NCBI GenBank assembly: GCA_016839705.1
Contig: JAEOTR010000043.1
Location: forward strand, 1 to 43,242
Direction of reading: 5' to 3'
Length of the DNA: 43,242 bases
From: Promethearchaeota archaeon
GTDB taxonomy: Archaea; Asgardarchaeota; Lokiarchaeia; Sigyniarchaeales; SOKP01
Under the pieces are notes generated by a model, which ran no database searches, had not been told where the DNA came from, and was given only the letters and a program-made list of their open reading frames with translations. A program made the position numbers and the translations under genes. The stretch's first letter is position 1; each line of letters starts with the position of its first letter. Below, one piece after another: positions 1-9,396 of this stretch.

Positions 1-2
1 AT

Positions 3-1826
3 AATTCCGAAAAATAACAGAAAGGTAACAAAAAGGAACTCTCCTGTTTTTTGAGGTAAAACTGTACTTCCGAATAGTATACTTTCAATTGAAATTATAT
101 CAACTGTAAGTAAGGAAATTAATGAAAATATAAAAAATGAAGATATTATTTGGATAACTCCAATTATTATGTTAACATTATATATTAATTTTAACTTGGA
201 TTTTTTTAATTCTATTATTCTCCCAACCCCAATATCTATTGCCACTTCTTTCTTAGAAACTCTTTTGATAAAAAAATAAACAACTTCTTTAAGAGGTATA
301 ATATCTAAAAATACAGTACTAATTGTGAATATACAGATAAATATTAAGATACGGAGTAAACCAAAGGAAAACATAGTTGTAAATCCTTGGATAGGAGAAG
401 ATATTGTGCTAAGATTATTTAAGATCCAGATAAAAATCCCAATCAGGATAATTGAGAAAAATTTTAAACCAGCAACAGTAAATACTATTGAATGTCGATC
501 GGCAATTGTCAATAAATAATATGTTATCCCGATAGTGAAAAAGATTATTCCTAGAATAACAGCACTAGTATTTAAAACAAACGATAAAATTAAACAACTA
601 GATCCGATAATTATTGGCAAATAAGGAAAAAAGGGAGCTTTAAACGGTCTATCCAATTCTCTTCTCTTATACCTAAGGTTTACAGCTGCAAAATTTACAA
701 AAGCTAATCCAAAGAAATAAATAAAAGTTGTGATATTTGCTGTAAATCCGATGTCCGCAAAAATTATCGCCAAAATTGTGAAAAATATAGCAATTCCTGT
801 TGAAATTATTAAGGCTAACGTAGGAACTTGTGATTTTTTGTTTACTTTCAATAATTTTTGCGACACATAGTGATCTCTTGCTAAAGCATGCATAACACTC
901 ACAGCTGATCCTAAAGCAGCATTCATTGCAATAAAAGTCGAAATTGTTGCTGCAATACCCATCAATAAGTATCCAGGAAGTCCTAATATGTTGTTCAGAA
1001 TATATGCTAACAATATAGGAGAATCACCATAAACGGTTAGGTTATTTCCAATATTTATCATTACGACTATGGTTATGGATAGATATATAAAAAGAGTTAT
1101 TAAAATTGCAAAAATATTTGTTTTGGGAATATTTTTTGAAGGATTTTTTAAGTCTGCGTTTAGGTAAGCTAAGTTAGATGTAATCCCTGTAAAGAAAATA
1201 AACAAGAGAGAAAACATGAGAATTACGCTAAAAAAATCAGTATTGGAAGATAGGAATGCCATATTATAATTAGGAGCATTAGTAATAGGTGCTATTAGAA
1301 AGCCTGATATGATAAAAATGCCAAAAATAATTAACAATACAATTGTTAAAGAAACTAAGGTTCTTAAAGCTATTTTTTGAGATCTAAACACAACTATTGC
1401 TGTAAAAAGAATAGAGACTATTGCAATAATAATAAAGAAATTCCTCATAAATGGTAAAGGGAAGAAAGCTTCAATTACCGTAAAAAAAGCTTGGGCTGAA
1501 AACGAGAATGTTGCGATATTGGCAATCCATAAAAAAAATCCAATTATAAATGCTAAAAAGCCACCTAATGCCTCTTTACTGAAGTTATACGCACCTCCAG
1601 AAACAGGTAAGCTAGTTGATAACTCGCTATAATTCAAAGCAGTAAAAAATATTAACACACCTCCAAGGATTAGACTAATCAAGACACCAGATTGAGCAGT
1701 AGTGATAGCTGTTCCTAGTAATACAAAAATAGATCCCCCAATTCCACAACCAATCCCATAAAGGATTCCAGTTGATAAATTAATTGATCTTTTAGGGAGA
1801 ACTGCTTCGCGTTCTTTTTCCGTCAA
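3..1826 (-). CDS. APC-family amino acid permease with extra C-terminal hydrophobic segments (runs off the left edge, partial)
   Basis: Not in the ORF track. Manual translation from TTG at 1826, with a GTGAT RBS upstream: MTEKEREAVLPKRSINLSTGILYGIGCGIGGSIFVLLG...NYSELSTSLPVSGGAY...RPFKAPFFPYLP. The N-terminal and C-terminal portions I translated are open and in the same frame up to the window edge (>600 codons). Confidence 0.9.
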   Translation of the reverse strand, partial: MTEKEREAVLPKRSINLSTGILYGIGCGIGGSIFVLLGTAITTAQSGVLISLILGGVLIFFTALNYSELSTSLPVSGGAYNFSKEALGGFLAFIIGFFLWIANIATFSFSAQAFFTVIEAFFPLPFMRNFFIIIAIVSILFTAIVVFRSQKIALRTLVSLTIVLLIIFGIFIISGFLIAPITNAPNYNMAFLSSNTDFFSVILMFSLLFIFFTGITSNLAYLNADLKNPSKNIPKTNIFAILITLFIYLSITIVVMINIGNNLTVYGDSPILLAYILNNILGLPGYLLMGIAATISTFIAMNAALGSAVSVMHALARDHYVSQKLLKVNKKSQVPTLALIISTGIAIFFTILAIIFADIGFTANITTFIYFFGLAFVNFAAVNLRYKRRELDRPFKAPFFPYLPIIIGSSCLILSFVLNTSAVILGIIFFTIGITYYLLTIADRHSIVFTVAGLKFFSIILIGIFIWILNNLSTISSPIQGFTTMFSFGLLRILIFICIFTISTVFLDIIPLKEVVYFFIKRVSKKEVAIDIGVGRIIELKKSKLKLIYNVNIIIGVIQIISSFFIFSLISLLTVDIISIESILFGSTVLPQKTGEFLFVTFLLFFGI

Positions 1827-1888
1827 AGTTAAATCACTAAAATATTATTAATTATCTTATTATAAATCTTCTAATAAATTGTAATACT

Positions 1889-3349
1889 TTATGATTTCTC
1901 AAGATGAAAGATTCCTGATATAATTGAGAGAATTGCTCCAATTAAGAGGAATAATACTATTAAAAATGAATTTATATTTCCTTCTCCTAAGTCAATTACA
2001 TTAGCAAATATACCTACTGCCCATATAATAAAAAATATCCCAAATCCAATTAAAATCCCACCAAAAAATTTAGATGCCCTATAAATAGCAGATAAGACTT
2101 CTAGTCTATGTATTCTGCTCTCCTTATCTCTAATTTCTTTTTCTTGATTTTCTAATTCTTCTTTTAATTGTTGAAGTATGAGTTTTGAATCATTGGTACT
2201 ATTCTCAATCGCTTCTTTAGCTTTAACCAGTTTACCGTGTTCAACATCTATATGTTTCAATTTCTCTGTTAAGGCTTCTAGACGTTGTTCTCTTTCAATA
2301 TATTCTGTGTTCGAAGTTTCTATATCCTTTTTCAAATCTTCAACTCTTTTTTCATTTGCATCTATTAAGTTTTGTTTGTTATTAATTTGTTCATCTAAAG
2401 AGCTTAGATCTTCATCTAAGTCTTGAATACGAGATTCAATTTCTATTAATTGTTGTTGTTTATCTGTAAGCTGAACCTTGTATTTTGCGAGAAGTTCTTC
2501 ATATGTTTCTCTTTGTTTCTCCATTTCAGGAAAGCCTTCATGATAATCTTTAATTCTCTGCTCTATTTCCTTTATTCTTCTTTCCTTTTTCTCAATTTGT
2601 TCTGTTAGTAATTTTTTTTCCTCTTCTTTAGCATCAATTTCAATATTGGAATGCTCAAGTTCACTCTTATTTTTGCTTATAAAAAACTTAAAAGTTTCAT
2701 TTTCAGCTTGTAGGCTTTTCAATTTTTTATCTAAAGCTTCAGATTCTTCCCTTTGCTTATCAAGATTAGCCTCCCCATCTTGAATATCCTGATTAAGTTT
2801 TGTGTTTTTATTTCTTAACTCTTCCTGAATTGATACTTTTTCTTTAACTGAGTCAGTAAGAACAATTAAATCTACCTGTCTACTTTCGTAAGTCTTGATT
2901 AATTGCTCGTTATTTCTTAAGAGCTCTTTATATTCTACTTCTAAGTTATCTTTACTTTCTTTGGTAATATTTAATCTTTCATCTAAGTTATTTATTTCTT
3001 CAGTTTTTCGATTATACTTTTCTTCTAAAGTTGATATTGTTTCCTCAATCGCAGCTAGGTATTCCTCTTTATCATCAATTCTTTTTAATAATGCATCTAG
3101 TATTATTTGAGATTCTTTTATTTCGGTATCTACTTCCTCAGTGGCTTTCACCTCAGTTTCTCCTTTCTCTGTATTCTCCCCATTTGTAATTGTTTCTGAA
3201 ATATTCTCAATAGTATTTTCAAAAGTTCTTAATTTTTTATCGATTAAATCTCTGGAATTCTTTGCTTTAGACAAAAATTCCTTATCTACCTTCTCTATTT
3301 CCTTATCCGATTTACTTTCCTTCTCTTCATCCTTAAATTCGTCTGTCAT
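1889..3349 (-). CDS. Long coiled-coil protein with a C-terminal two-helix membrane anchor
   Basis: About 400 aa of E/K/L/Q-rich heptad pattern, then two hydrophobic segments (FFGGILIGFGIFFIIWAVGIFA; FLIVLFLLIGAILSIISGIF). Confidence 0.8.
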   Translation of the reverse strand: MTDEFKDEEKESKSDKEIEKVDKEFLSKAKNSRDLIDKKLRTFENTIENISETITNGENTEKGETEVKATEEVDTEIKESQIILDALLKRIDDKEEYLAAIEETISTLEEKYNRKTEEINNLDERLNITKESKDNLEVEYKELLRNNEQLIKTYESRQVDLIVLTDSVKEKVSIQEELRNKNTKLNQDIQDGEANLDKQREESEALDKKLKSLQAENETFKFFISKNKSELEHSNIEIDAKEEEKKLLTEQIEKKERRIKEIEQRIKDYHEGFPEMEKQRETYEELLAKYKVQLTDKQQQLIEIESRIQDLDEDLSSLDEQINNKQNLIDANEKRVEDLKKDIETSNTEYIEREQRLEALTEKLKHIDVEHGKLVKAKEAIENSTNDSKLILQQLKEELENQEKEIRDKESRIHRLEVLSAIYRASKFFGGILIGFGIFFIIWAVGIFANVIDLGEGNINSFLIVLFLLIGAILSIISGIFHLEKS

Positions 3350-3667
3350 TGTATCGCGCTTATGAATATTGGATTTATTATATCATTACTTCATATAGAA
3401 TTAGAATGTAGAATGTTAAAAATTAATTATTGTATTTGCAAAAATATCTTCTTTGATCAATTGAGTGTTGATATAAATAGAACATTATTTTGCACTTCAC
3501 TTTATATCTTATGAATAATACTTATTTTAGATATTTAAATTTTGATTTTTTCCCATTTTTTTCCGGGAATTTGGACAAACTAAATGAATAAATTTAAATA
3601 TAACCGATACATTAATGACGATTTGGTTTTCTAATTTTCATTTAATCATTATTTATAAGGCTACTGT

Positions 3668-3749
3668 GCATTTCAACTTGATTGAAAGAGGTTGGGAAGA
3701 TATTATCTACGAATTGTGATCAATATTCCACGAAAACCTCTCTAAATGC
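3668..3749. ncRNA. Candidate structured RNA element (long imperfect stem-loop) directly after the stop codon of the AlkD-like gene
   Basis: Nested complementary segments: GCATTT(3668)/AAATGC(3744), AGAGGTT(3687)/AACCTCT(3735), GGA..ATATT/AATAT..TCC, ATC/GAT. A side hairpin TTTCAA/TTGAAA is also possible. Confidence 0.3.
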
Positions 3750-4682
3750 TCAATCTATTTCAAAAGGTTTAGCTAATCTATTTCTTTTTTCATCGAAATA
3801 CAGCACATAATATTTTCCTAAGATTTTTTCTAGTTTTGGGTGTAATTCGGGATTTTGGTTTTTTATCCACCTCATGCCATGCTTTATCGTCCAAATTAAT
3901 CTTTTTTCTTCTTGATTTAATCCTTTTTCCATTGCTAATTCATCATTTACTTCAATTTCTGCCTTATTTATCCATGACTCTACTAATTCCAAGATTTTTC
4001 CAGGCATATATTTCGTTAAATCTTTCAGATTATTTCCTACGGATTTTCTTACATAAATAGAACGATCTTTTCTTAGAATTGAAAGAATTTCTAATATTTG
4101 ATCATTTTTAGTTGGATCTCGGAGCCATTTAATAGCTGAATGAGGTCTAAGGCTCTCAGAAACTAAACGTCTTAAATACTCATCATCACTTTGGGTCCAG
4201 ATAGATAATAATTTTAATGTTTTTTCAGGAATCTTTTTTAATCCAGATATTATCGAATCTGCTGCAGTTTCTCGAATTGACCAATCTGCATTGCAAGCAT
4301 ATCTTTCAATTAGAGGCACCATTTCATCAAACTTCTCTGGTTTAAAAGATATAAAATCAGCTAAAATATGTAGAGAAAAATGCTGTAAAATAAGACTCTT
4401 ATTGGATTCTCCGTAATTAAATGCAGATTCTATGAAATTAATTATGTATTTTTTCTTTGTATGCATTTCTTTTTTTAATAACTGAAAAATAATTTTCGCA
4501 ACATGATTTGAAATGAATTTAATTCCTTTGCCAATTCGTTCTCGCTTGGGGATAATGCTATATTCCCTGTCAAGAGTCTTATTAATTTTCTTAAATAAAT
4601 CTTCAGTAGGATACCAATTACTTAAGTTTTCAAAAAATTCAAGGGTTCTTTTTTGAATTAACTTCGCAGAGCTATTAGACAT
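3750..4682 (-). CDS. HEAT-repeat DNA alkylation repair enzyme family protein (AlkC/AlkD-like)
   Basis: WTQSDDEYLRRLVSESLRP and LRKDRSIYVRKSVGNNLKDLTK motifs are typical of this family. Confidence 0.75.
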   Translation of the reverse strand: MSNSSAKLIQKRTLEFFENLSNWYPTEDLFKKINKTLDREYSIIPKRERIGKGIKFISNHVAKIIFQLLKKEMHTKKKYIINFIESAFNYGESNKSLILQHFSLHILADFISFKPEKFDEMVPLIERYACNADWSIRETAADSIISGLKKIPEKTLKLLSIWTQSDDEYLRRLVSESLRPHSAIKWLRDPTKNDQILEILSILRKDRSIYVRKSVGNNLKDLTKYMPGKILELVESWINKAEIEVNDELAMEKGLNQEEKRLIWTIKHGMRWIKNQNPELHPKLEKILGKYYVLYFDEKRNRLAKPFEID

Positions 4683-4683
4683 C

Positions 4684-5652
4684 TTAGTGGTTACTTTTTT
4701 TTATAAATTTGATTACCTCTTCATATGAAGTGTCTGACATAGGTCCAAATGACTCTACTTTCAATGCTCCTACTGCATTCGAAAAAATACCAATTTTTTT
4801 AAGATCCCAACCTTTGAGAAAACCCACGATAAATGCACCTGCAAAAGAGTCCCCTGCTCCAGTAGGATCAATTTCATTTACTTCAAAACCATTAATGTGT
4901 ACTCCTTTTAGATTATCAGGAGTAAAAATAGTACAACCTTTTTTTCCTTGTTTAAGGACGATTATTTTTGGTCCCATTTCAAGTAATTTTTGACATGCTT
5001 TTTTAGAATCCTTAAGACCCGCTAGCATTTCAGCTTCCTCTCCACTTGGGAGGAGAATTTCTGTTCTCTCTAATATAGGCATGCTAATCTCTAAAATTTC
5101 ATCTAAATCTAGCATTTCTGGTCTAAGATTTGGGTCAAAAGATATAATTGTGTCTGGATTATTTTTTTTCGCCACATTAATAGCTTTAAAGCAGGCATCT
5201 CGAGATTTTTTGCTGATAGAAAGGGAACTTCCCATAATGTGGAGACTTTTAACATCTTTAAAGTAATTTTCTTTTACATCCTTTAAAGATGTTTCACCTG
5301 CAGCTCCTTTCGCAAATATGAACTTACGAGAACCATCAGTATTATATTGATTAAACGCTATTCCTGTGGGTTCACTTTCCGAGATTCTAATATGCGATAT
5401 ATCAACATCATCTTGTTTTAACTTTCTAATGATACAATCCCCAAACTCATCATTTCCTATTACTCCAATATAACCGGTTTTTAAATTAAATGGTTTTGAC
5501 ATACGAGCAGCAGAACTGATAAAAATAGCCGGAGCCCCACTTGGATAGGGTCCTCTGTAATTAGCACCAATTTTTCCATGTGGAGTATTTAATTCTGTTC
5601 GTATAATTTCAACCAATAATTCACCTAAAGAAATTATATCTGGACACATCAT
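4684..5652 (-). CDS. PfkB-family sugar kinase (KDG kinase/fructokinase-like)
   Basis: GELLVE, PSGAPA, FDPNLRP and the PfkB signature DPTGAGDSFAGAF. Confidence 0.92.
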   Translation of the reverse strand: MMCPDIISLGELLVEIIRTELNTPHGKIGANYRGPYPSGAPAIFISSAARMSKPFNLKTGYIGVIGNDEFGDCIIRKLKQDDVDISHIRISESEPTGIAFNQYNTDGSRKFIFAKGAAGETSLKDVKENYFKDVKSLHIMGSSLSISKKSRDACFKAINVAKKNNPDTIISFDPNLRPEMLDLDEILEISMPILERTEILLPSGEEAEMLAGLKDSKKACQKLLEMGPKIIVLKQGKKGCTIFTPDNLKGVHINGFEVNEIDPTGAGDSFAGAFIVGFLKGWDLKKIGIFSNAVGALKVESFGPMSDTSYEEVIKFIKKSNH

Positions 5653-5731
5653 TCTCTTCCTTTTTTTAGTTTAGCTCTTTTTTACGAAAAATTTTAAGAT
5701 GATACTAAAAATATGAAGATGAAAAGAAAAT

Positions 5732-6643
5732 TCACTTAACAAATTTTTGTTTAAATGATTCAATCATGCTTGAAATTTCATTCAATTGTAATTTGAGTTC
5801 TTTAGGGTTCATTTTTTTCAACTGATCTACGCTATTTATAATTTCTTTCATCTCATCTATCCATAATTTCATAAGAATTTCTCTTTCTTTATCTTTTATA
5901 GCTGTTTTCATTTCGTTAGAAATCCATTCTTTCGCACTTTCATAAATTTGTTTCTTAAGCATATCCATTTTTATTTTTGTTACATCTTGTTGACTTTTGA
6001 GCTCTTCTATAACAGGTTTTAATTCATTTTGAAATTTGATGTTTTCCTCATTATGCTTTTTTTCAATATCTCGTAAAACGGTGTCTTTTACATCAAATTC
6101 TTCTTTAAAGGTTTGGATTTTATTACTAAGATTCTCATTCATTTCTTTGATTCTTTCTAATATTGAGTTAATTTTTATCTCAACTGCTTTAATATTCTCC
6201 CTCAAATTTTGTTCTAAAGATTTAAATCTTCCATCTACTGCTTCTCCAAATTTTTTAAAGCCTTCTACTAACTTTTTATTAATGTTAGTATATCTTTCCT
6301 CTATTTTCTGGTCAAAAGTATTCGAAATTTCATCTAATTCTTGACTAATGTTTTTATTTAGGTTATCAATTTTATTGTCTAGTCTCTTAATTTCCGTATT
6401 TGATTGATCCTCAATTTTTTTAATATCTTTGCTTAAATGGTTTGAAAATTTATTATCTTGCTCATTTAACTTTTCACTTTGTATCTTATTTTGATCGTTT
6501 ATTTTTTCTTCCAGTTTTTGTAATTGATCAGTTAATTTTTGCCCAAATTTTTTAATTTGAGCATCATTTTTTTGTTCAATTTTATTAATCTGTTCTTTTA
6601 ATTCCTTAATTTTTTTGTCAGTAGGGTCTTCTTTACTGGACAT
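5732..6643 (-). CDS. All-helical coiled-coil/apolipoprotein-like protein
   Basis: Amphipathic K/E/Q/L/I repeats over the whole length; GGTGA RBS near 6651; co-oriented just downstream of the GTPase gene. Confidence 0.75.
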   Translation of the reverse strand: MSSKEDPTDKKIKELKEQINKIEQKNDAQIKKFGQKLTDQLQKLEEKINDQNKIQSEKLNEQDNKFSNHLSKDIKKIEDQSNTEIKRLDNKIDNLNKNISQELDEISNTFDQKIEERYTNINKKLVEGFKKFGEAVDGRFKSLEQNLRENIKAVEIKINSILERIKEMNENLSNKIQTFKEEFDVKDTVLRDIEKKHNEENIKFQNELKPVIEELKSQQDVTKIKMDMLKKQIYESAKEWISNEMKTAIKDKEREILMKLWIDEMKEIINSVDQLKKMNPKELKLQLNEISSMIESFKQKFVK

Positions 6644-6685
6644 TTTTTTGTCACCTTTTTTAATCTAATCTTTCAATATCATAAT

Positions 6686-7981
6686 CTAGGATTTTTGTTT
6701 TTTTTTCCATTCTAAAAAGCTTTTTGTTTCCTTACCTCGAAAAACAGCCTTTTTTCCAGGATTAGTTTTCTCATATTTATCATACAGCTCAATTTTTTGA
6801 TCTATGTTTATATGTTTTGATTCAACTTTAATTGTTTTAAGGTTGAGTTTAGCAGGCTTAGATCTCGGTTTGGTTTTAGATATAACCTCAAGAGGTTTTG
6901 ATTCTTGTTTTATTTCTTTATGAATTTCAGGGGATTGTTGTTCTGATATCATATTTTTACCTTTAAGATTAACGGTATCAATTCTTGGTTTATCGTCAAA
7001 TTGATCTTCTCTAATTTTTGAACTAATGATCAAAAGTTCATTTTCTTCTCTTTTCAATTTAATAAATGTTTCTAATTGTTGTTTACTTTTCTTTTCAGAA
7101 ATTTCTAATGATTTTTTTAACTTATCAACTAATTCTAAAGTTGATTTGATATTTTGCTTTTTTAATTGAATTAATTCTTCTTCTGTTTTTTTTATACCAT
7201 CAAGAAAATTATCTGAAATTGTTGTTTTCTGAGTTGAAATTTTTTGTAATTCCTGTTGAATAAATTCATAGTATTTTCTTTCTTTATGTTCTTGAGAGGG
7301 AATATCTTCTATTTTTATTTTCGGTTTTAGATCACTGAGTTTTAGTTCAATAGAACTTAAATTAACTAAATGTCCTCTCAATTCCTCTTCAGTCTTGCCT
7401 ATGAGCTCAATAAACTCTAAACTTGAATTTTCAGGAACTAGATCTGGAAATAAGATCTCGGATTTTTTCAAAAATGTGAAAATTAATAATTCAATACAGT
7501 CACTAACATTTAGGTTAGAATTAGCTGAAGTTATTGAAAAACTCTTTTTTTCCCCTAAGTAATTTTTAACTGCTTTTTTAAAATCGTTATTCAATGAGAG
7601 TTTATCAAATTTATTCCCAACCATAAGAGTAAACGGATCTTCTGAATATCTTTCTAATCTATCTAAAAAATTCTTCTCATGAGATTTTAACGTTAATTCT
7701 GGTCTCGTCATATCGAAAACTATAAGGGCAAGGTCAACATCAGAGAAAAATGCATTATTTATGGTGGGATTAATAGCCCTATTTCCTCCTACATCCCAAA
7801 TATTTAGTCTAAATGTTACACCTGTTTTTTTTAGTATATAATCTTTTCTACTTATAATACTATTAATCGTAGGCGAGTATTCTTTTGGTACTTCCTTTCC
7901 TAGAAATACATTTATTAATGATGTTTTTCCAACTGAACCTTCTCCATAAACGGCAAGTTTTAAATTAACCCTCTTATCCAA
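6686..7981 (-). CDS. Rab/Ras-like small GTPase fused to a coiled-coil region and a basic C-terminal module
   Basis: G1 GEGSVGKTS, G2 PTI, G3 WDVGG, G4 NKFD, G5 TSAN, followed by ~250 extra aa ending YDKYEKTNPGKKAVFRGKETKSFLEWKKK. Confidence 0.88.
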   Translation of the reverse strand: MDKRVNLKLAVYGEGSVGKTSLINVFLGKEVPKEYSPTINSIISRKDYILKKTGVTFRLNIWDVGGNRAINPTINNAFFSDVDLALIVFDMTRPELTLKSHEKNFLDRLERYSEDPFTLMVGNKFDKLSLNNDFKKAVKNYLGEKKSFSITSANSNLNVSDCIELLIFTFLKKSEILFPDLVPENSSLEFIELIGKTEEELRGHLVNLSSIELKLSDLKPKIKIEDIPSQEHKERKYYEFIQQELQKISTQKTTISDNFLDGIKKTEEELIQLKKQNIKSTLELVDKLKKSLEISEKKSKQQLETFIKLKREENELLIISSKIREDQFDDKPRIDTVNLKGKNMISEQQSPEIHKEIKQESKPLEVISKTKPRSKPAKLNLKTIKVESKHINIDQKIELYDKYEKTNPGKKAVFRGKETKSFLEWKKKQKS

Positions 7982-8261
7982 TTCAATATCCGCCTGGTAG
8001 AATTAAATAAAATATTCCAAGGAAGCTTTTAGCATCTAGTTTAAATCGCTTAAAAAAAAAAAGCAACCTAACTCATAAATTCTTAACATGTAAATTATAT
8101 TTAAATTTATTTAGAAAACTGGTTTGATGTTTTTAAAGTGCTTTAATAATTTTATAAAGATTAAGTTGAGAATTAATATTTAAATCTAATTTTTGGAATT
8201 AAACACTTAAATAGCTGTTAATCCTATCCTCAAATACTTGTAATTAAAAACTTATTTAAAA

Positions 8262-8495
8262 ATGAAAGCAAAGAAAAAAATTGAATTGATAGTCAATATA
8301 ATCGAAAGATGTGATGAGGGAAGTTGTTTATATTGTGGTAGTACATTGAATGGAGATTTAGAAGATTATGATGAATTCTATTCTGATGATTGGTGCCCTG
8401 ATTGTTGTGAGAATATAAATCCTGACAATGATTGGGAGGACGCATGTGTAAAAGCAATTGATAAGGTAATTCATGAAGAAAAGTTTAAACCCTAA
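8262..8495 (+). CDS. Small acidic Cys-rich, probable zinc-binding protein
   Basis: CLYC...CPDCC; 7 Cys in 77 aa; D/E-rich. Confidence 0.7.
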   Translation: MKAKKKIELIVNIIERCDEGSCLYCGSTLNGDLEDYDEFYSDDWCPDCCENINPDNDWEDACVKAIDKVIHEEKFKP

Positions 8496-8512
8496 TATAA
8501 CGAGTGAGAAAT

Positions 8513-8623
8513 TTGGTTTTTCTAAAAACAGAGGTGCTTCTTAAAGATTTGTTGTTTCCAGAAAGTCCCAGATGGTATGATAACAAACTCTGGTTTTCTG
8601 TACCTGGTGTAGGACTCCCCTAA
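8513..8623 (+). pseudogene. Internally deleted SMP-30/gluconolactonase-family gene (36-codon remnant)
   Basis: GAGTGA RBS, TTG start, translation MVFLKTEVLLKDLLFPESPRWYDNKLWFS|VPGVGLP*. The family N-terminal motif (L.FPESPRW.D..LWFS) is joined directly to a typical C-terminal tail (VPGxGLP). Confidence 0.75.
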
Positions 8624-8673
8624 TATATAAAATACTTACTATATGTAATATAAAAAAATATATATCACTGCTG

Positions 8674-9396
8674 CTAATGGCCGCCAAACGTTAGCAATAC
8701 TACCATCAAAAGTATTCCTGCTATTATCATTAAGAGTTGGCGAAGGCTATATTTTAAATCAGTATGCTGATGCAAATCAGGTGTTAAATCTGATAATGCA
8801 ATATAGATGAAACTCGAAGCGGAGATTGCTAAGATGAAGGGAACCACTGAACTTATAGCACCAATAATAAAATATCCTATTATTGCTGCAGGTATTGTTG
8901 TAGAACTCGAAATAATATTATAGAGAAAAGCTTTTTTCTTTGAATATCCAGAATGGAGTAAAATCCCGAAATCACCTGTTTCATGAGCAAGTTCATGAAC
9001 CAGAATTGTTAATCCCGCACCAATCCCTATAGTAATATCTGTTAAAAACGCAGCGGCAATCACAATTCCATCTGTAAGATTATGTAATGAATCCCCTATT
9101 AGTATAATAGGACCTGAAGCATGTGAATGAACCTCACACTCCTTATTTCGACAATTTCTCCAAATAATAATTTTTTCCATAAAAAAAAATACTAAAATTC
9201 CTCCCAATACATATGGCATAATCACGTGTGATTCTCCACCCAAACCTTCAATAGCTTCTGGTATCAATCCTAAAAGTGCCGCAGCTAGTAAAATCCCTGT
9301 AGCAAAGGATATTAGAATTGGAACAAGAATTTTTTGATACTTTTCGGCTATAAAAACAAAGGCACCTGCAATACAAATAGCTCCAACGCTTCCCAA
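8674..9396 (-). CDS. ZIP-family divalent metal (zinc) transporter; true start probably upstream
   Basis: GDSLHNLTDG and HELAHETGDF metal motifs, multiple TM helices, His-rich loop CEVHSH. Confidence 0.92.
   Translation of the reverse strand: MGSVGAICIAGAFVFIAEKYQKILVPILISFATGILLAAALLGLIPEAIEGLGGESHVIMPYVLGGILVFFFMEKIIIWRNCRNKECEVHSHASGPIILIGDSLHNLTDGIVIAAAFLTDITIGIGAGLTILVHELAHETGDFGILLHSGYSKKKAFLYNIISSSTTIPAAIIGYFIIGAISSVVPFILAISASSFIYIALSDLTPDLHQHTDLKYSLRQLLMIIAGILLMVVLLTFGGH

Noticed and set aside
325-519. 64-aa + strand ORF
   Set aside because: Antisense shadow of the APC permease.
2178-3365. Ser/Phe/Leu-rich + strand ORFs, and similar short antisense or overlapping ORFs elsewhere (3836, 4709, 5081, 6036, 12767, 14713, 17681, 18237, 20618, 21486, 25542, 26390, 26706, 28750, 29254, 29703, 29854, 31520, 31785, 34787, 35402, 36361, 37158, 40469, 42889)
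   Set aside because: They overlap well-supported genes, almost all on the opposite strand, and their composition is what reverse-complemented E/K-rich or motif-bearing coding sequence produces.
3668-3749. Possible eukaryote-like SECIS with UGA readthrough of the AlkD-like gene
   Set aside because: No AUGA/GA quartet with apical AA is evident on the coding strand, and there is no selenoprotein context.
1889-7981. Split dynamin/atlastin or SMC system
   Set aside because: The G domain is Ras/Rab-type, no SMC Walker or hinge motifs are present, and two unrelated enzyme genes interrupt the cluster. Kept only as separate, weaker findings.
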